From the NCBI GenBank assembly GCA_902461085.1, contig CABPWH010000001.1, forward strand, positions 10,520 to 74,519: a stretch of 64,000 bases of DNA. Direction: 5' to 3'. This stretch comes from an uncultured Collinsella sp. (GTDB taxonomy: Bacteria; Actinomycetota; Coriobacteriia; Coriobacteriales; Coriobacteriaceae). The notes beneath the pieces are model-generated. The model was not told where the DNA came from and did not search any database. It worked only from the letters and a program-made list of their open reading frames with translations. Of the stretch, positions 27,474 to 36,898 are shown one piece after another; the first letter of the stretch is position 1, and each line of letters opens with the position of its first letter. The translations under genes were made by a program, and so were the position numbers.

Positions 27474-28740
27474 AGGCCCGAAAGAAAGGTAGGAGGCCAT
27501 GACGAAAGGTCTGCACGTGCCTTCCGAGATCGGCAAGCTCAGGAAGGTCTGCCTGCACCGTCCCGGCGACGAGCTCCTCAACCTGCCGCCCGACGAGCTC
27601 GAGCGACTCCTGTTCGACGACGTCCCGTTCCTGGAGGTCGCGCAGCAGGAGCACGACACCTTCGCCCAGATCCTGAGGGACCAGGGCGTGGAGGTCCTCT
27701 ATCTCGAGAACCTCGTCGCCGAGGTGTTCGACCAGGTCCCCGGCGCCCGCGCCGAGTTCACCGACCAGTACATCGCCGAGGCCGGCATCCGCGGCCAGCA
27801 CATGCCGCAGATCGTCCGCGAGAAGCTGGACTCCATCGAGGACAACCTCGAGTTCGTCAAGAAGACCATGGCCGGCATGACCAAGTCCGAGATCGACATG
27901 CCCCTCACGGCGTCCACGACCCTCGACTCCCTGGTCAACTCCGAGTCCGAGTCCGACCTGATCATCGACCCGATGCCCAACCTCTACTTCACCCGCGACC
28001 CGTTCGCGGTCATCGGCGAGGGCGTCAACCTCAACCGCATGTACTCGGTCACCCGCAACCGCGAGACCCTGTACGGCAAGTACATCTTCAAGTACCACCC
28101 CGACTACAAGGACGTCTCGCTGTACTTCCGTCGCGACTGCCAGTTCCACACCGAGGGCGGCGACGTGCTGAACATCAACGAGAAGACCCTCGCCGTCGGC
28201 ATCTCCCAGCGCACCCAGGCCGCCGCGATCGACGTCATGGCCCAGAACATCTTCTGGAACTCCGACTCCAAGGTCGAGCGCATCCTGGCCTTCGACATCC
28301 CGGTCTCGCGCGCCTTCATGCACCTCGACACGGTCTTCACCCAGATCGACGTCGATAAGTTCACGATCCACCCCGCCATCATGGGCACCCTGCGCGTCTA
28401 CGAGCTGACCGCCGGCAAGAACCCGGGCGACGTGAACATCCGCCTGATCGAGGACACCCTCGAGCACGTCCTGGAGGACGCCACCGGCGTCGACCAGGTC
28501 AAGCTGATCCCCTGCGGCGGCGGCGACCCGATCGCGGCCTCCCGCGAGCAGTGGAACGACGGCTCCAACACCCTGTGCGTCGAGCCCGGCAAGATCTGCG
28601 TCTACGCCCGCAACACCGTCACCAACGACGTGCTGTACAAGGAGGGCCTGGACCTTCTCGTCGTGCCCTCCGCCGAGCTCTCCCGCGGCCGCGGCGGCCC
28701 GCGCTGCATGAGCATGCCCTTCTGGCGCGAGGACCTCTAA
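27474..28740 (+). repeat. Direct repeat copy A: RBS plus the full arcA CDS, 100% identical to 30563..31829
   Basis: Identity begins 25 nt upstream of the ATG and ends exactly at the stop codon. All overlapping six-frame ORFs are identical between copies. Confidence 0.9.
27499..28740 (+). CDS. arcA: Arginine deiminase, copy 1
   Basis: 413 aa, MTKGLHVPSEIGKLRKVCLHRPGDEL... with a C-terminal catalytic Cys (GGGPRCMSMP). RBS aggagg. Very high GC3. Confidence 0.9.
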   Translation: MTKGLHVPSEIGKLRKVCLHRPGDELLNLPPDELERLLFDDVPFLEVAQQEHDTFAQILRDQGVEVLYLENLVAEVFDQVPGARAEFTDQYIAEAGIRGQHMPQIVREKLDSIEDNLEFVKKTMAGMTKSEIDMPLTASTTLDSLVNSESESDLIIDPMPNLYFTRDPFAVIGEGVNLNRMYSVTRNRETLYGKYIFKYHPDYKDVSLYFRRDCQFHTEGGDVLNINEKTLAVGISQRTQAAAIDVMAQNIFWNSDSKVERILAFDIPVSRAFMHLDTVFTQIDVDKFTIHPAIMGTLRVYELTAGKNPGDVNIRLIEDTLEHVLEDATGVDQVKLIPCGGGDPIAASREQWNDGSNTLCVEPGKICVYARNTVTNDVLYKEGLDLLVVPSAELSRGRGGPRCMSMPFWREDL

Positions 28741-28803
28741 AGTCTTCAAGGACTCGTACGGGTCATAATACATACATCTAGCTGCCATTAGATGTCTCCC
28801 ATT

Positions 28804-28831
28804 GGGGCGGTGCGGGTTTTCGCACCGCCCC
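28804..28831 (+). terminator. Stem-loop after arcA copy 1
   Basis: ggggcggtgcg-ggtttt-cgcaccgcccc (11-bp perfect stem) with a weak U-tract. Confidence 0.4.
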
Positions 28832-28889
28832 AACCTTGTATGAGGAACGTCAACACGATTGGACGACTGCTTTTGTAAGGAGCTTGGCC

Positions 28890-30014
28890 ATGGACATCAA
28901 GACGATTGGCGTTGAGGAATGGCTCAACGTTTGGGAGAAGAGCGCCGCGTGGGACATCGCCCAGTCGACGATCTCGTCGCTCACCATGGGCGAGCTGCGC
29001 GCGCTCGATGAACAGGACGGCGCCACGTTCTACGAGCGCCTGGACCGCGAGAAGATGAACTACGGCTGGATCGAGGGCTCGCCGGAGTTTAAGGCCGAGG
29101 TTGCCAAGCTGTATCGTCGCGAGGTCAATCCCGATCACATTCTGCAGACCAATGGCTGCACGGGCGCTAACCTCAACGCCATCATGGCTGTGGTCGAGCC
29201 CGGCGACCATGTTATCGCCGAGTGGCCCACCTACGCGCCGCTCTACGAGATTCCGCGCACGCTGGGCGCCGAGGTCGAGTATTGGGGGCTTCGCGAGGAA
29301 CTCGGCTGGAAGCCCGATATCGAACAGCTCAAGCGCCTGGTTCGCCCCACCACCAAGCTCATCTGCATCAACAACGCATCGAACCCCATCGGTACGGTGC
29401 TCGATGCCGATATGCTCGGCCAGATTGCCGAGATCGCCCGTTCGGTGGGCGCCTACGTGCTGTGCGACGAGGTGTACCTGCCGCTTGAGAACACCGAGGC
29501 CTTTATGTCGATGGCTGACGTGTACGAGAATGCCATTGTCACCAACTCGTTGTCGAAGACCTATTCGACGCCTGCGGCCCGCGTGGGCTGGGTCGTGGCA
29601 GACGAAGAGGTGTCCAACCGTATCCGTACCTATCGCGATTACACCATGATCTGCGGCGGCGTGTTCAACGATGCCCTGGCGACCTATGTGCTCGAGCACA
29701 AGGACAAGATTGTCGAGCGCAATCGCAAGATCGTGTTTGGCAACCGCGATATCGCGCAGGCTTGGATCGATACGCAGCATCGCGTTTCCTGGACGGCTCC
29801 GCAGGGCGTGTCCACCTCGTTTATCCAGCTTGATATTCCCGAGGACGACGAGGGGTTCTGCAAGCGCCTGCTGTCCGAGAGGGGAGTGCTGCTGGTACCC
29901 GGCAGCCGCTTTGAGCTTCCCTGTGGCGCACGCCTGGGCTACTGCGCGAGCGAGGACGTTCTGCGTGAGGGCCTGATGCTTTTGGGCGAGGCACTGGCGG
30001 AGTTTGATCGCTAG
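28890..30014 (+). CDS. Class I/II PLP-dependent aminotransferase; substrate unknown
   Basis: SLSKTYS PLP-lysine motif and NASNPIG block. RBS aaggag before MDIKTIG. Lies between the two arcA copies. Confidence 0.8.
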   Translation: MDIKTIGVEEWLNVWEKSAAWDIAQSTISSLTMGELRALDEQDGATFYERLDREKMNYGWIEGSPEFKAEVAKLYRREVNPDHILQTNGCTGANLNAIMAVVEPGDHVIAEWPTYAPLYEIPRTLGAEVEYWGLREELGWKPDIEQLKRLVRPTTKLICINNASNPIGTVLDADMLGQIAEIARSVGAYVLCDEVYLPLENTEAFMSMADVYENAIVTNSLSKTYSTPAARVGWVVADEEVSNRIRTYRDYTMICGGVFNDALATYVLEHKDKIVERNRKIVFGNRDIAQAWIDTQHRVSWTAPQGVSTSFIQLDIPEDDEGFCKRLLSERGVLLVPGSRFELPCGARLGYCASEDVLREGLMLLGEALAEFDR

Positions 30015-30439
30015 GATTCCGATGATCTTCGAGGGCCTTATCTAAATTGGCCGAAGATAATCGAAAACGGACCCGTTTCCCTAGTGAAGCGGGTCCGTTT
30101 TTCTATACCGAGAAGTCAAGTTGTTACAAATGGGGCTGTAAAGCGAGCCGGTATCCGCTGGGCCTTATACTGAGTTTCCGGTGAACGGTATCAAGCGTCT
30201 GGTAAACGGTAATTTATTTACCAGAAATGAATAGGACAAACTTTTTTCTGAATAAAAATGAAAATGGTTGAGACACGGTATGAACCGCTAATTCTATTCA
30301 TAGCTTTATTGGAAATATGCAATTTGAGGATGGTTTAACAAAGTTTAGTTCCATTTGATTTTAGGATTGAAAACGCGTTTAAGCACGTAAATACGCTTTA
30401 TTAAGATGAAGTGTGCCATGCGTGAAGTATATGTGTATG

Positions 30440-30506
30440 CCGTTCACCCCCTATAAAAAACCGTTCGGGGGCAAGGTGGAAGTATGAGCTGATTTTGGAT
30501 ATAAAT
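30440..30506 (+). promoter_or_regulatory. arcA copy-2 promoter region (a diverged paralog of the copy-1 promoter) with the same CCGTTC-N15-CCGTTC and gatataa elements
   Basis: gccgttcaccccc ... aaccgttcggggg ... ggatataaat. Confidence 0.4.
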
Positions 30507-30562
30507 ATGTCGTCAGCAATAACGCCTCACACGGAGGGGCGCTAACGAATCGGCCCTGACAA

Positions 30563-31829
30563 GGGCCCGAAAGAAAGGTAGGAGGCCATGACGAAAGGTC
30601 TGCACGTGCCTTCCGAGATCGGCAAGCTCAGGAAGGTCTGCCTGCACCGTCCCGGCGACGAGCTCCTCAACCTGCCGCCCGACGAGCTCGAGCGACTCCT
30701 GTTCGACGACGTCCCGTTCCTGGAGGTCGCGCAGCAGGAGCACGACACCTTCGCCCAGATCCTGAGGGACCAGGGCGTGGAGGTCCTCTATCTCGAGAAC
30801 CTCGTCGCCGAGGTGTTCGACCAGGTCCCCGGCGCCCGCGCCGAGTTCACCGACCAGTACATCGCCGAGGCCGGCATCCGCGGCCAGCACATGCCGCAGA
30901 TCGTCCGCGAGAAGCTGGACTCCATCGAGGACAACCTCGAGTTCGTCAAGAAGACCATGGCCGGCATGACCAAGTCCGAGATCGACATGCCCCTCACGGC
31001 GTCCACGACCCTCGACTCCCTGGTCAACTCCGAGTCCGAGTCCGACCTGATCATCGACCCGATGCCCAACCTCTACTTCACCCGCGACCCGTTCGCGGTC
31101 ATCGGCGAGGGCGTCAACCTCAACCGCATGTACTCGGTCACCCGCAACCGCGAGACCCTGTACGGCAAGTACATCTTCAAGTACCACCCCGACTACAAGG
31201 ACGTCTCGCTGTACTTCCGTCGCGACTGCCAGTTCCACACCGAGGGCGGCGACGTGCTGAACATCAACGAGAAGACCCTCGCCGTCGGCATCTCCCAGCG
31301 CACCCAGGCCGCCGCGATCGACGTCATGGCCCAGAACATCTTCTGGAACTCCGACTCCAAGGTCGAGCGCATCCTGGCCTTCGACATCCCGGTCTCGCGC
31401 GCCTTCATGCACCTCGACACGGTCTTCACCCAGATCGACGTCGATAAGTTCACGATCCACCCCGCCATCATGGGCACCCTGCGCGTCTACGAGCTGACCG
31501 CCGGCAAGAACCCGGGCGACGTGAACATCCGCCTGATCGAGGACACCCTCGAGCACGTCCTGGAGGACGCCACCGGCGTCGACCAGGTCAAGCTGATCCC
31601 CTGCGGCGGCGGCGACCCGATCGCGGCCTCCCGCGAGCAGTGGAACGACGGCTCCAACACCCTGTGCGTCGAGCCCGGCAAGATCTGCGTCTACGCCCGC
31701 AACACCGTCACCAACGACGTGCTGTACAAGGAGGGCCTGGACCTTCTCGTCGTGCCCTCCGCCGAGCTCTCCCGCGGCCGCGGCGGCCCGCGCTGCATGA
31801 GCATGCCCTTCTGGCGCGAGGACCTCTAA
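30563..31829 (+). repeat. Direct repeat copy B: RBS plus the full arcA CDS, 100% identical to 27474..28740
   Basis: See copy A. The period between copies is 3089 bp. Confidence 0.9.
30588..31829 (+). CDS. arcA: Arginine deiminase, copy 2
   Basis: Protein identical to copy 1. Confidence 0.9.
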   Translation: MTKGLHVPSEIGKLRKVCLHRPGDELLNLPPDELERLLFDDVPFLEVAQQEHDTFAQILRDQGVEVLYLENLVAEVFDQVPGARAEFTDQYIAEAGIRGQHMPQIVREKLDSIEDNLEFVKKTMAGMTKSEIDMPLTASTTLDSLVNSESESDLIIDPMPNLYFTRDPFAVIGEGVNLNRMYSVTRNRETLYGKYIFKYHPDYKDVSLYFRRDCQFHTEGGDVLNINEKTLAVGISQRTQAAAIDVMAQNIFWNSDSKVERILAFDIPVSRAFMHLDTVFTQIDVDKFTIHPAIMGTLRVYELTAGKNPGDVNIRLIEDTLEHVLEDATGVDQVKLIPCGGGDPIAASREQWNDGSNTLCVEPGKICVYARNTVTNDVLYKEGLDLLVVPSAELSRGRGGPRCMSMPFWREDL

Positions 31830-31934
31830 GTCTTTCCGTTTCCGGTGCGGTCCCCCTACAACCGCACCGGCTTCGCCCGTTAAACGGGCACCACTAATAC
31901 TTACGTAATTCATTTCTTCGAAAGGAATCAAACC

Positions 31935-32930
31935 ATGGGTGTTAACCTCTCCGGCCGTAGCTTCCTCAAGCTTCTTGACCTCACCACCGAGGAGATCGAG
32001 TACCTGCTCAAGCTCTCCAAGAACTTCAAGGATATGAAGCGCGCTGGCGTTCCGCACCGCTATCTCGAGGGCAAGAATATCGTTCTGCTCTTCCAGAAGA
32101 CCTCTACTCGTACCCGCTGCGCCTTCGAGGTCGGCGGCATGGATCTGGGTATGGGCGTGACCTACCTCGATCCGGGTTCGTCGCAGATGGGCAAGAAGGA
32201 GTCCATCGAGGACACCGCCCGCGTTCTCGGCCGCATGTATGACGGCATCGAGTTCCGTGGCTTTGCCCAGGACGACGTCGAGGAGCTCGCTGCTAAGTCC
32301 GGCGTGCCCGTGTGGAACGGCCTGACCACCGAGTGGCACCCCACCCAGATGCTCGCCGACATCCTGACCGTCCAGGAGAACTTCAACTACGACATCAAGG
32401 GCAAGACCCTCGTCTTCATGGGCGACTGCAAGAACAATGTCGCTCGCTCCCTCATGGTCGCCTGCTCCAAGCTCGGCATGAACTTCGTGGCCTGCGGCCC
32501 CGAGGAGTGCATGCCCGCCGACGACGTCATCGAGGCCTGCAAGCCCATCGCCGAGGCCAACGGCTGCACCATCAAGCTGACCACCGACGTCAAGGACGGC
32601 GTCACCGGTGCCGACGTTATCTACACCGACGTGTGGGTCTCCATGGGCGAGCCCGACGAGGTCTGGGCCGAGCGCATCGCTCAGCTCACTCCGTATCGTG
32701 TTACCTCCGAGGTCATGGCTATGGCCAACCCGGGTGCCATCTTCCTGCACTGCCTGCCCAGCTTCCACGACACCAACACCACCATTGGCGCCGAGAAGTG
32801 CGAGCAGTTCGGCATCACCGAGCAGGAGGTCACCGACGAGGTCTTCGAGAGCCCCGCTTCCAAGGTCTTCGACGAGGCCGAGAACCGCATGCACACCATC
32901 AAGGCTGTCATGTACGCCACGCTCAAGTAA
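31935..32930 (+). CDS. arcB: Ornithine carbamoyltransferase (catabolic)
   Basis: 331 aa carrying STRTR, HPTQ and HCLP motifs. RBS aaagga. Confidence 0.9.
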   Translation: MGVNLSGRSFLKLLDLTTEEIEYLLKLSKNFKDMKRAGVPHRYLEGKNIVLLFQKTSTRTRCAFEVGGMDLGMGVTYLDPGSSQMGKKESIEDTARVLGRMYDGIEFRGFAQDDVEELAAKSGVPVWNGLTTEWHPTQMLADILTVQENFNYDIKGKTLVFMGDCKNNVARSLMVACSKLGMNFVACGPEECMPADDVIEACKPIAEANGCTIKLTTDVKDGVTGADVIYTDVWVSMGEPDEVWAERIAQLTPYRVTSEVMAMANPGAIFLHCLPSFHDTNTTIGAEKCEQFGITEQEVTDEVFESPASKVFDEAENRMHTIKAVMYATLK

Positions 32931-33077
32931 GAGCATCTAGCATCTCGCTCGGGGTGTATTGTTGAACACCCCGAGCGGCTGTGTCTGGTAAATATCTCGC
33001 GTCGGGCGGTGGGCACGGCACGGAAGATCCGCTTCGCACGAGAAAGTTAAATGATTTATGAAGGGGGGATGAGAACA

Positions 33078-34556
33078 ATGACTGAGACCGCTAAGAAAAA
33101 GCGCGGTATGCCTTCATCGTTCACCATTCTTCTTGCTCTGCTGGCAATTGTCGCAGTGATTACCGTTATCGTCTCCGGCACGTCCGGCGGCGCGGTTACT
33201 GCCGCCCGTCTGAGCGATTTCTGCACCGCCCCGATTAAGGGCTTCGCTGACGCTCTGCCCGTCTGCCTCTTCGTTATGATCCTGGGCGGCTTCCTCGGCA
33301 TGATGACCGAGACCGGCGCTCTGGACAACGGCATCGCCGTCCTGGTGCAGAAGCTTAAGGGCAACGAGATCATGCTCGTTCCCGTGCTGATGCTCATTTT
33401 CTCCCTCGGTGGTACCACTTATGGTATGTGCGAGGAGACCGTTCCCTTCTACGCCCTGCTCGCCGCTACCATGATGGCCGCTGGCTTCGACCCGATGGTC
33501 GGCGCCGCTACCGTCCTGCTCGGCGCTGGCTGCGGCTGCCTGGGCTCCACGGTTAACCCGTTCGCCGTCGGCGCTGCCGTCGACGCTCTGACCGGCGTTG
33601 GCATTGAGGTCAACCAGTCCATCATCATCGGCCTCGGTGCCGTCCTGTGGATTGTCACTACCGCTATGTCCATCGTCTTCGTGATGAACTATGCCAAGAA
33701 GGTCAAGGCTGACAAGGGTTCTACCATCCTGTCGATGCAGGAGCTCAAGGACGCCGAAGAAGCTCACGGCAAGGCTGCTTCCGAGGTCCACAAGGAGGTC
33801 AAGCTCACCGGTCGTCAGAAGGGTGTTCTGATCGCCTTCGCCTTCACCTTCGTCGTCATGATCGTCGGCTTCATCCCGCTGGCCGACCTCAACGAGGGCG
33901 TCGCCAACTTCTTCGACGCTGGCGCTGTCTACGACGCCGACGGTAACGCCGTCGTCCAGGGCTGGTCTGCCCTGATCACCGGCCTGCCCATTGGCCAGTG
34001 GTACTTCGACGAGGCTTCCACCTGGTTCTTCCTCATGGCCGTCCTGATCGGTATCATCGGTGGCCTGTCCGAGAAGCAGATCGTTAACACCTTCATCACC
34101 GGCGCTGCCGACATGATGTCCGTTGTTCTCGTCATCGCCCTCGCCCGTGGCATCTCCGTCCTCATGGCTAACACCGGCCTCGACGTCTTCGTCCTTGACG
34201 CTGCCGCCAATGCCCTGGCTGGCCTGTCCGGCGTGATCTTCGCTCCCATGAGCTTCCTGGTCTACTTCGGCCTGTCCTTCCTGATCCCCTCGACCTCCGG
34301 TATGGCCACCGTCTCCATGCCCATCATGGGACCGTTGGCTGTTAAGCTCGGCTTCTCGCCTGAGGTCATGGTCATGATCTTCTCCGCCGCCATCGGTGTC
34401 GTGAACCTTTTCACCCCGACCTCCGGCGCCATCATGGGCGGTCTCGCCCTGGCCAAGATCGAGTGGACGACCTGGCTCAAGTTTGCCCTTAAGCTCATCG
34501 TCGCGCTCTCTGTCGTCTGCGCCATCATCCTGACCGTCGCCTGCGTGTTGATCTAA
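33078..34556 (+). CDS. YfcC/DcuC-like anaerobic carrier (putative arginine:ornithine antiporter of the ADI locus)
   Basis: About 490 aa and 12+ TM segments. The start MTETAKKKRGMP has a G-rich RBS at a 9-nt spacer. Lies directly downstream of arcB. Confidence 0.75.
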   Translation: MTETAKKKRGMPSSFTILLALLAIVAVITVIVSGTSGGAVTAARLSDFCTAPIKGFADALPVCLFVMILGGFLGMMTETGALDNGIAVLVQKLKGNEIMLVPVLMLIFSLGGTTYGMCEETVPFYALLAATMMAAGFDPMVGAATVLLGAGCGCLGSTVNPFAVGAAVDALTGVGIEVNQSIIIGLGAVLWIVTTAMSIVFVMNYAKKVKADKGSTILSMQELKDAEEAHGKAASEVHKEVKLTGRQKGVLIAFAFTFVVMIVGFIPLADLNEGVANFFDAGAVYDADGNAVVQGWSALITGLPIGQWYFDEASTWFFLMAVLIGIIGGLSEKQIVNTFITGAADMMSVVLVIALARGISVLMANTGLDVFVLDAAANALAGLSGVIFAPMSFLVYFGLSFLIPSTSGMATVSMPIMGPLAVKLGFSPEVMVMIFSAAIGVVNLFTPTSGAIMGGLALAKIEWTTWLKFALKLIVALSVVCAIILTVACVLI

Positions 34557-34984
34557 GTACCCAACGGGTACCCCACGGAAACCTTGACGATCCTGTAGAG
34601 GATCACCTGGTCATCGTCTGTCCGGTGGGGTAAACCCACCGGTAGACTCCTACCTTTAGCCCCCTTCCGTTCCGTGCGCGGGAGGGGGCGCTCTTGTGTT
34701 CCGGCGTTTTACCAAACGCCGGAACCACTCGACGCTGCAAGCCCGCCAGAGCGGCAATCTGACGTTCAATCGTCGGGCATGGCCAAAAGGCCTATGCCCT
34801 CCCCTTTCACGTCACCTTGCTCGCTCTGGCGGGCTTTCGCTGACTTTTGCCCCACCTGCGGCGCTGCCATTGTTGCTGCAGGGGGACAGCTTGCTCGCTC
34901 TGGTGCCTGTTCGCTGTCCGTTCTCTGCCCGCAACGTTTCTGCTGTTGGTGCAAAGGGGTCAGATTACTTTGCGCCAAAAGGGG

Positions 34985-35053
34985 AAGTTGCGGTGGAATA
35001 GTTCCTGTTTGGCCGTCTTGAGGGGTTAAACGGGAACTATTTCACCGCAACTT
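34985..35053. other. Long stem-loop (21-bp arms, one mismatch) in the structured intergenic region
   Basis: aagttgcggtggaatagttcc-N27-ggaactatttcaccgcaactt. Confidence 0.6.
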
Positions 35054-35160
35054 ATCGATGGCGTGTTTGGTTGGTGCCAGTTGATTGCTTGGGCGTTGGG
35101 GAGGGTCTGCTCCGTTATAATCGCCTAGAACATTAAATGGAAACGGGACGGGAGCCATAT

Positions 35161-36642
35161 ATGCGCCAGGGTTTCGACAACGCGAAGTATATCGAGCTGC
35201 AGGCTGCTCACATTAAGGAGCGCATCTCGCAGTTTGGTGGCAAGCTCTATTTGGAGTTTGGCGGTAAGCTGTTCGATGACTATCATGCGAGCCGCGTGCT
35301 GCCGGGTTTTGAACCGGACAGCAAGTTCCGCATGCTCAAGAGCATCGCCGACGATGTCGAGGTTATCATCGCGATCAACGCGAACCACATCGAGAAAAAC
35401 AAGGCTCGTGGTGACCTCGGCATTACCTATGACGAGGATGTGCTGCGCCTGGTTGACCTGTTCCGCGGCAACGGCTTTGCTGTCGCGGCTGTGGTCATCA
35501 CCCAGTACGCCGGCCAGCCCGCTGCCGATGTGTTCCGCAACCGCCTGAACGCGCTCGGTATTCCCGCCAAGCTGCACTATCCCATCGAGGGGTATCCGCA
35601 CGATGTCGATCTGATCGTGTCCGACGATGGCTACGGCAAGAACGAGTTTGTCGAGACCACCCGACCGCTCGTCGTGGTCACTGCCCCCGGTCCTGGCTCG
35701 GGCAAGCTTGCCACCTGCCTGTCTCAGCTCTATCACGAGCACAAGCATGGCACGGCCGCCGGCTATGCCAAGTTCGAGACCTTCCCTGTCTGGAATCTTC
35801 CTCTGACGCATCCGGTCAATATTGCCTACGAGGCCGCCACGGCTGACCTCGACGACGCCAATATCATCGATTCGTTCCACCTTGAGGCCTACAACAAGAC
35901 CACGGTCAACTACAACCGCGACGTCGAGGCCTTCCCGGTGGTCCGTGCCCTGATGGAAAAGATCCTGGGCAAGAGTCCCTACCAGAGTCCTACGGACATG
36001 GGCGTCAATATGGTCGGCTTTGCCATCACCGATGACGATGCCTGCCGCGACGCTTCCAAGATGGAGATCGTCCGCCGCTACTTTACCGCGGTCGAAAATG
36101 TGCGCCGTACCGGCGTGGGCGATGAGCAAGTCGACCGTCTCAAGATTATTATGAAGAAAGCCGGCATCGATAAGAACTACTCACCGGCGCGCTCGGCGGC
36201 CCTCACCAGGGAGCAGCTGACGGGTGGTCCCGTGGGTGCCATGGTCATGCCCGATGGCTCCGTGGTGACCGGTAAGACCTCCACGCGCCTGGGCGCCGCA
36301 AGTTCGCTCATTATGAACGCCCTCAAGCATGTCTCGGGCGTCGACCTTGAGCTCGAGGTCATTAGCGATGAGGCGATCGAGCCCATCAGCAAGCTCAAGA
36401 CGCATTTCCTGGGCAGTAAAAACCCGCGCCTCCACACCGACGAGACGCTTATGGCGCTGTCGATCACCTCGGCCACGAGTGAGACGGCCGCTCGCGTCCT
36501 TTCGGGCCTGGAGCAGCTGCGCGGTTGCGATGCCTTCTTTAGCGTGATTATCTCGCCGACGGACGAGACGGTACTGCGCAAACTTGGTATCAACGTGTGC
36601 TGCGAGCCCAAGTTTGAGCGCCGCGGTTTCTTCCATCGCTAA
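35161..36642 (+). CDS. Conserved protein of unknown function, DUF1846/UPF0371-like
   Basis: About 494 aa from MRQGFDNAKYIELQ. Soluble, with no recognisable catalytic motif. Family assignment is from memory of the UPF0371 N-terminus (GFDNEKY). Confidence 0.55.
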   Translation: MRQGFDNAKYIELQAAHIKERISQFGGKLYLEFGGKLFDDYHASRVLPGFEPDSKFRMLKSIADDVEVIIAINANHIEKNKARGDLGITYDEDVLRLVDLFRGNGFAVAAVVITQYAGQPAADVFRNRLNALGIPAKLHYPIEGYPHDVDLIVSDDGYGKNEFVETTRPLVVVTAPGPGSGKLATCLSQLYHEHKHGTAAGYAKFETFPVWNLPLTHPVNIAYEAATADLDDANIIDSFHLEAYNKTTVNYNRDVEAFPVVRALMEKILGKSPYQSPTDMGVNMVGFAITDDDACRDASKMEIVRRYFTAVENVRRTGVGDEQVDRLKIIMKKAGIDKNYSPARSAALTREQLTGGPVGAMVMPDGSVVTGKTSTRLGAASSLIMNALKHVSGVDLELEVISDEAIEPISKLKTHFLGSKNPRLHTDETLMALSITSATSETAARVLSGLEQLRGCDAFFSVIISPTDETVLRKLGINVCCEPKFERRGFFHR

Positions 36643-36683
36643 GTTTGAAGCACCGCGGTAATTGCATTGCATTTTGGCCGTAT

Positions 36684-36718
36684 CGGGTTAGCGCCCGGTA
36701 CGGCTTTTTGATCAATAA
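36684..36718 (+). terminator. Intrinsic terminator after the DUF1846 gene
   Basis: gccgtatcggg-ttagcg-cccggtacggc followed by ttttt. Confidence 0.6.
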
Positions 36719-36898
36719 AGCGCCTATTTCGGCGAAAAATAGCTGTTTACCTGCCTAGAAACATTTTGAGCGGTATACAATAACCGTAACTGTTTCATCC
36801 TTAGCGGGATGCCGCATGATGGATATTACCTGCCATCGTGAGGTGTGTCGGTCGCGCACGGCGCGTTAGATGCTCGTGCTCGGTTTGAGGAGGCTGCT

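Noticed and set aside
27304-28833. 509-aa and 807-aa minus-strand ORFs (27304..28833 and 30513..32936) with identical segments
   Set aside because: They are the antisense shadow of the duplicated arcA (and of arcB). Their identity merely confirms the nucleotide-level duplication.
34674-35029. Cys-rich small ORFs (for example the 115-aa MRGRGRSC...CPTCG...CCWC ORF) in the long intergenic region
   Set aside because: No RBS, composition dominated by GC-rich codons (R/A/C/G), and they overlap multiple hairpins. More likely noncoding structured DNA.
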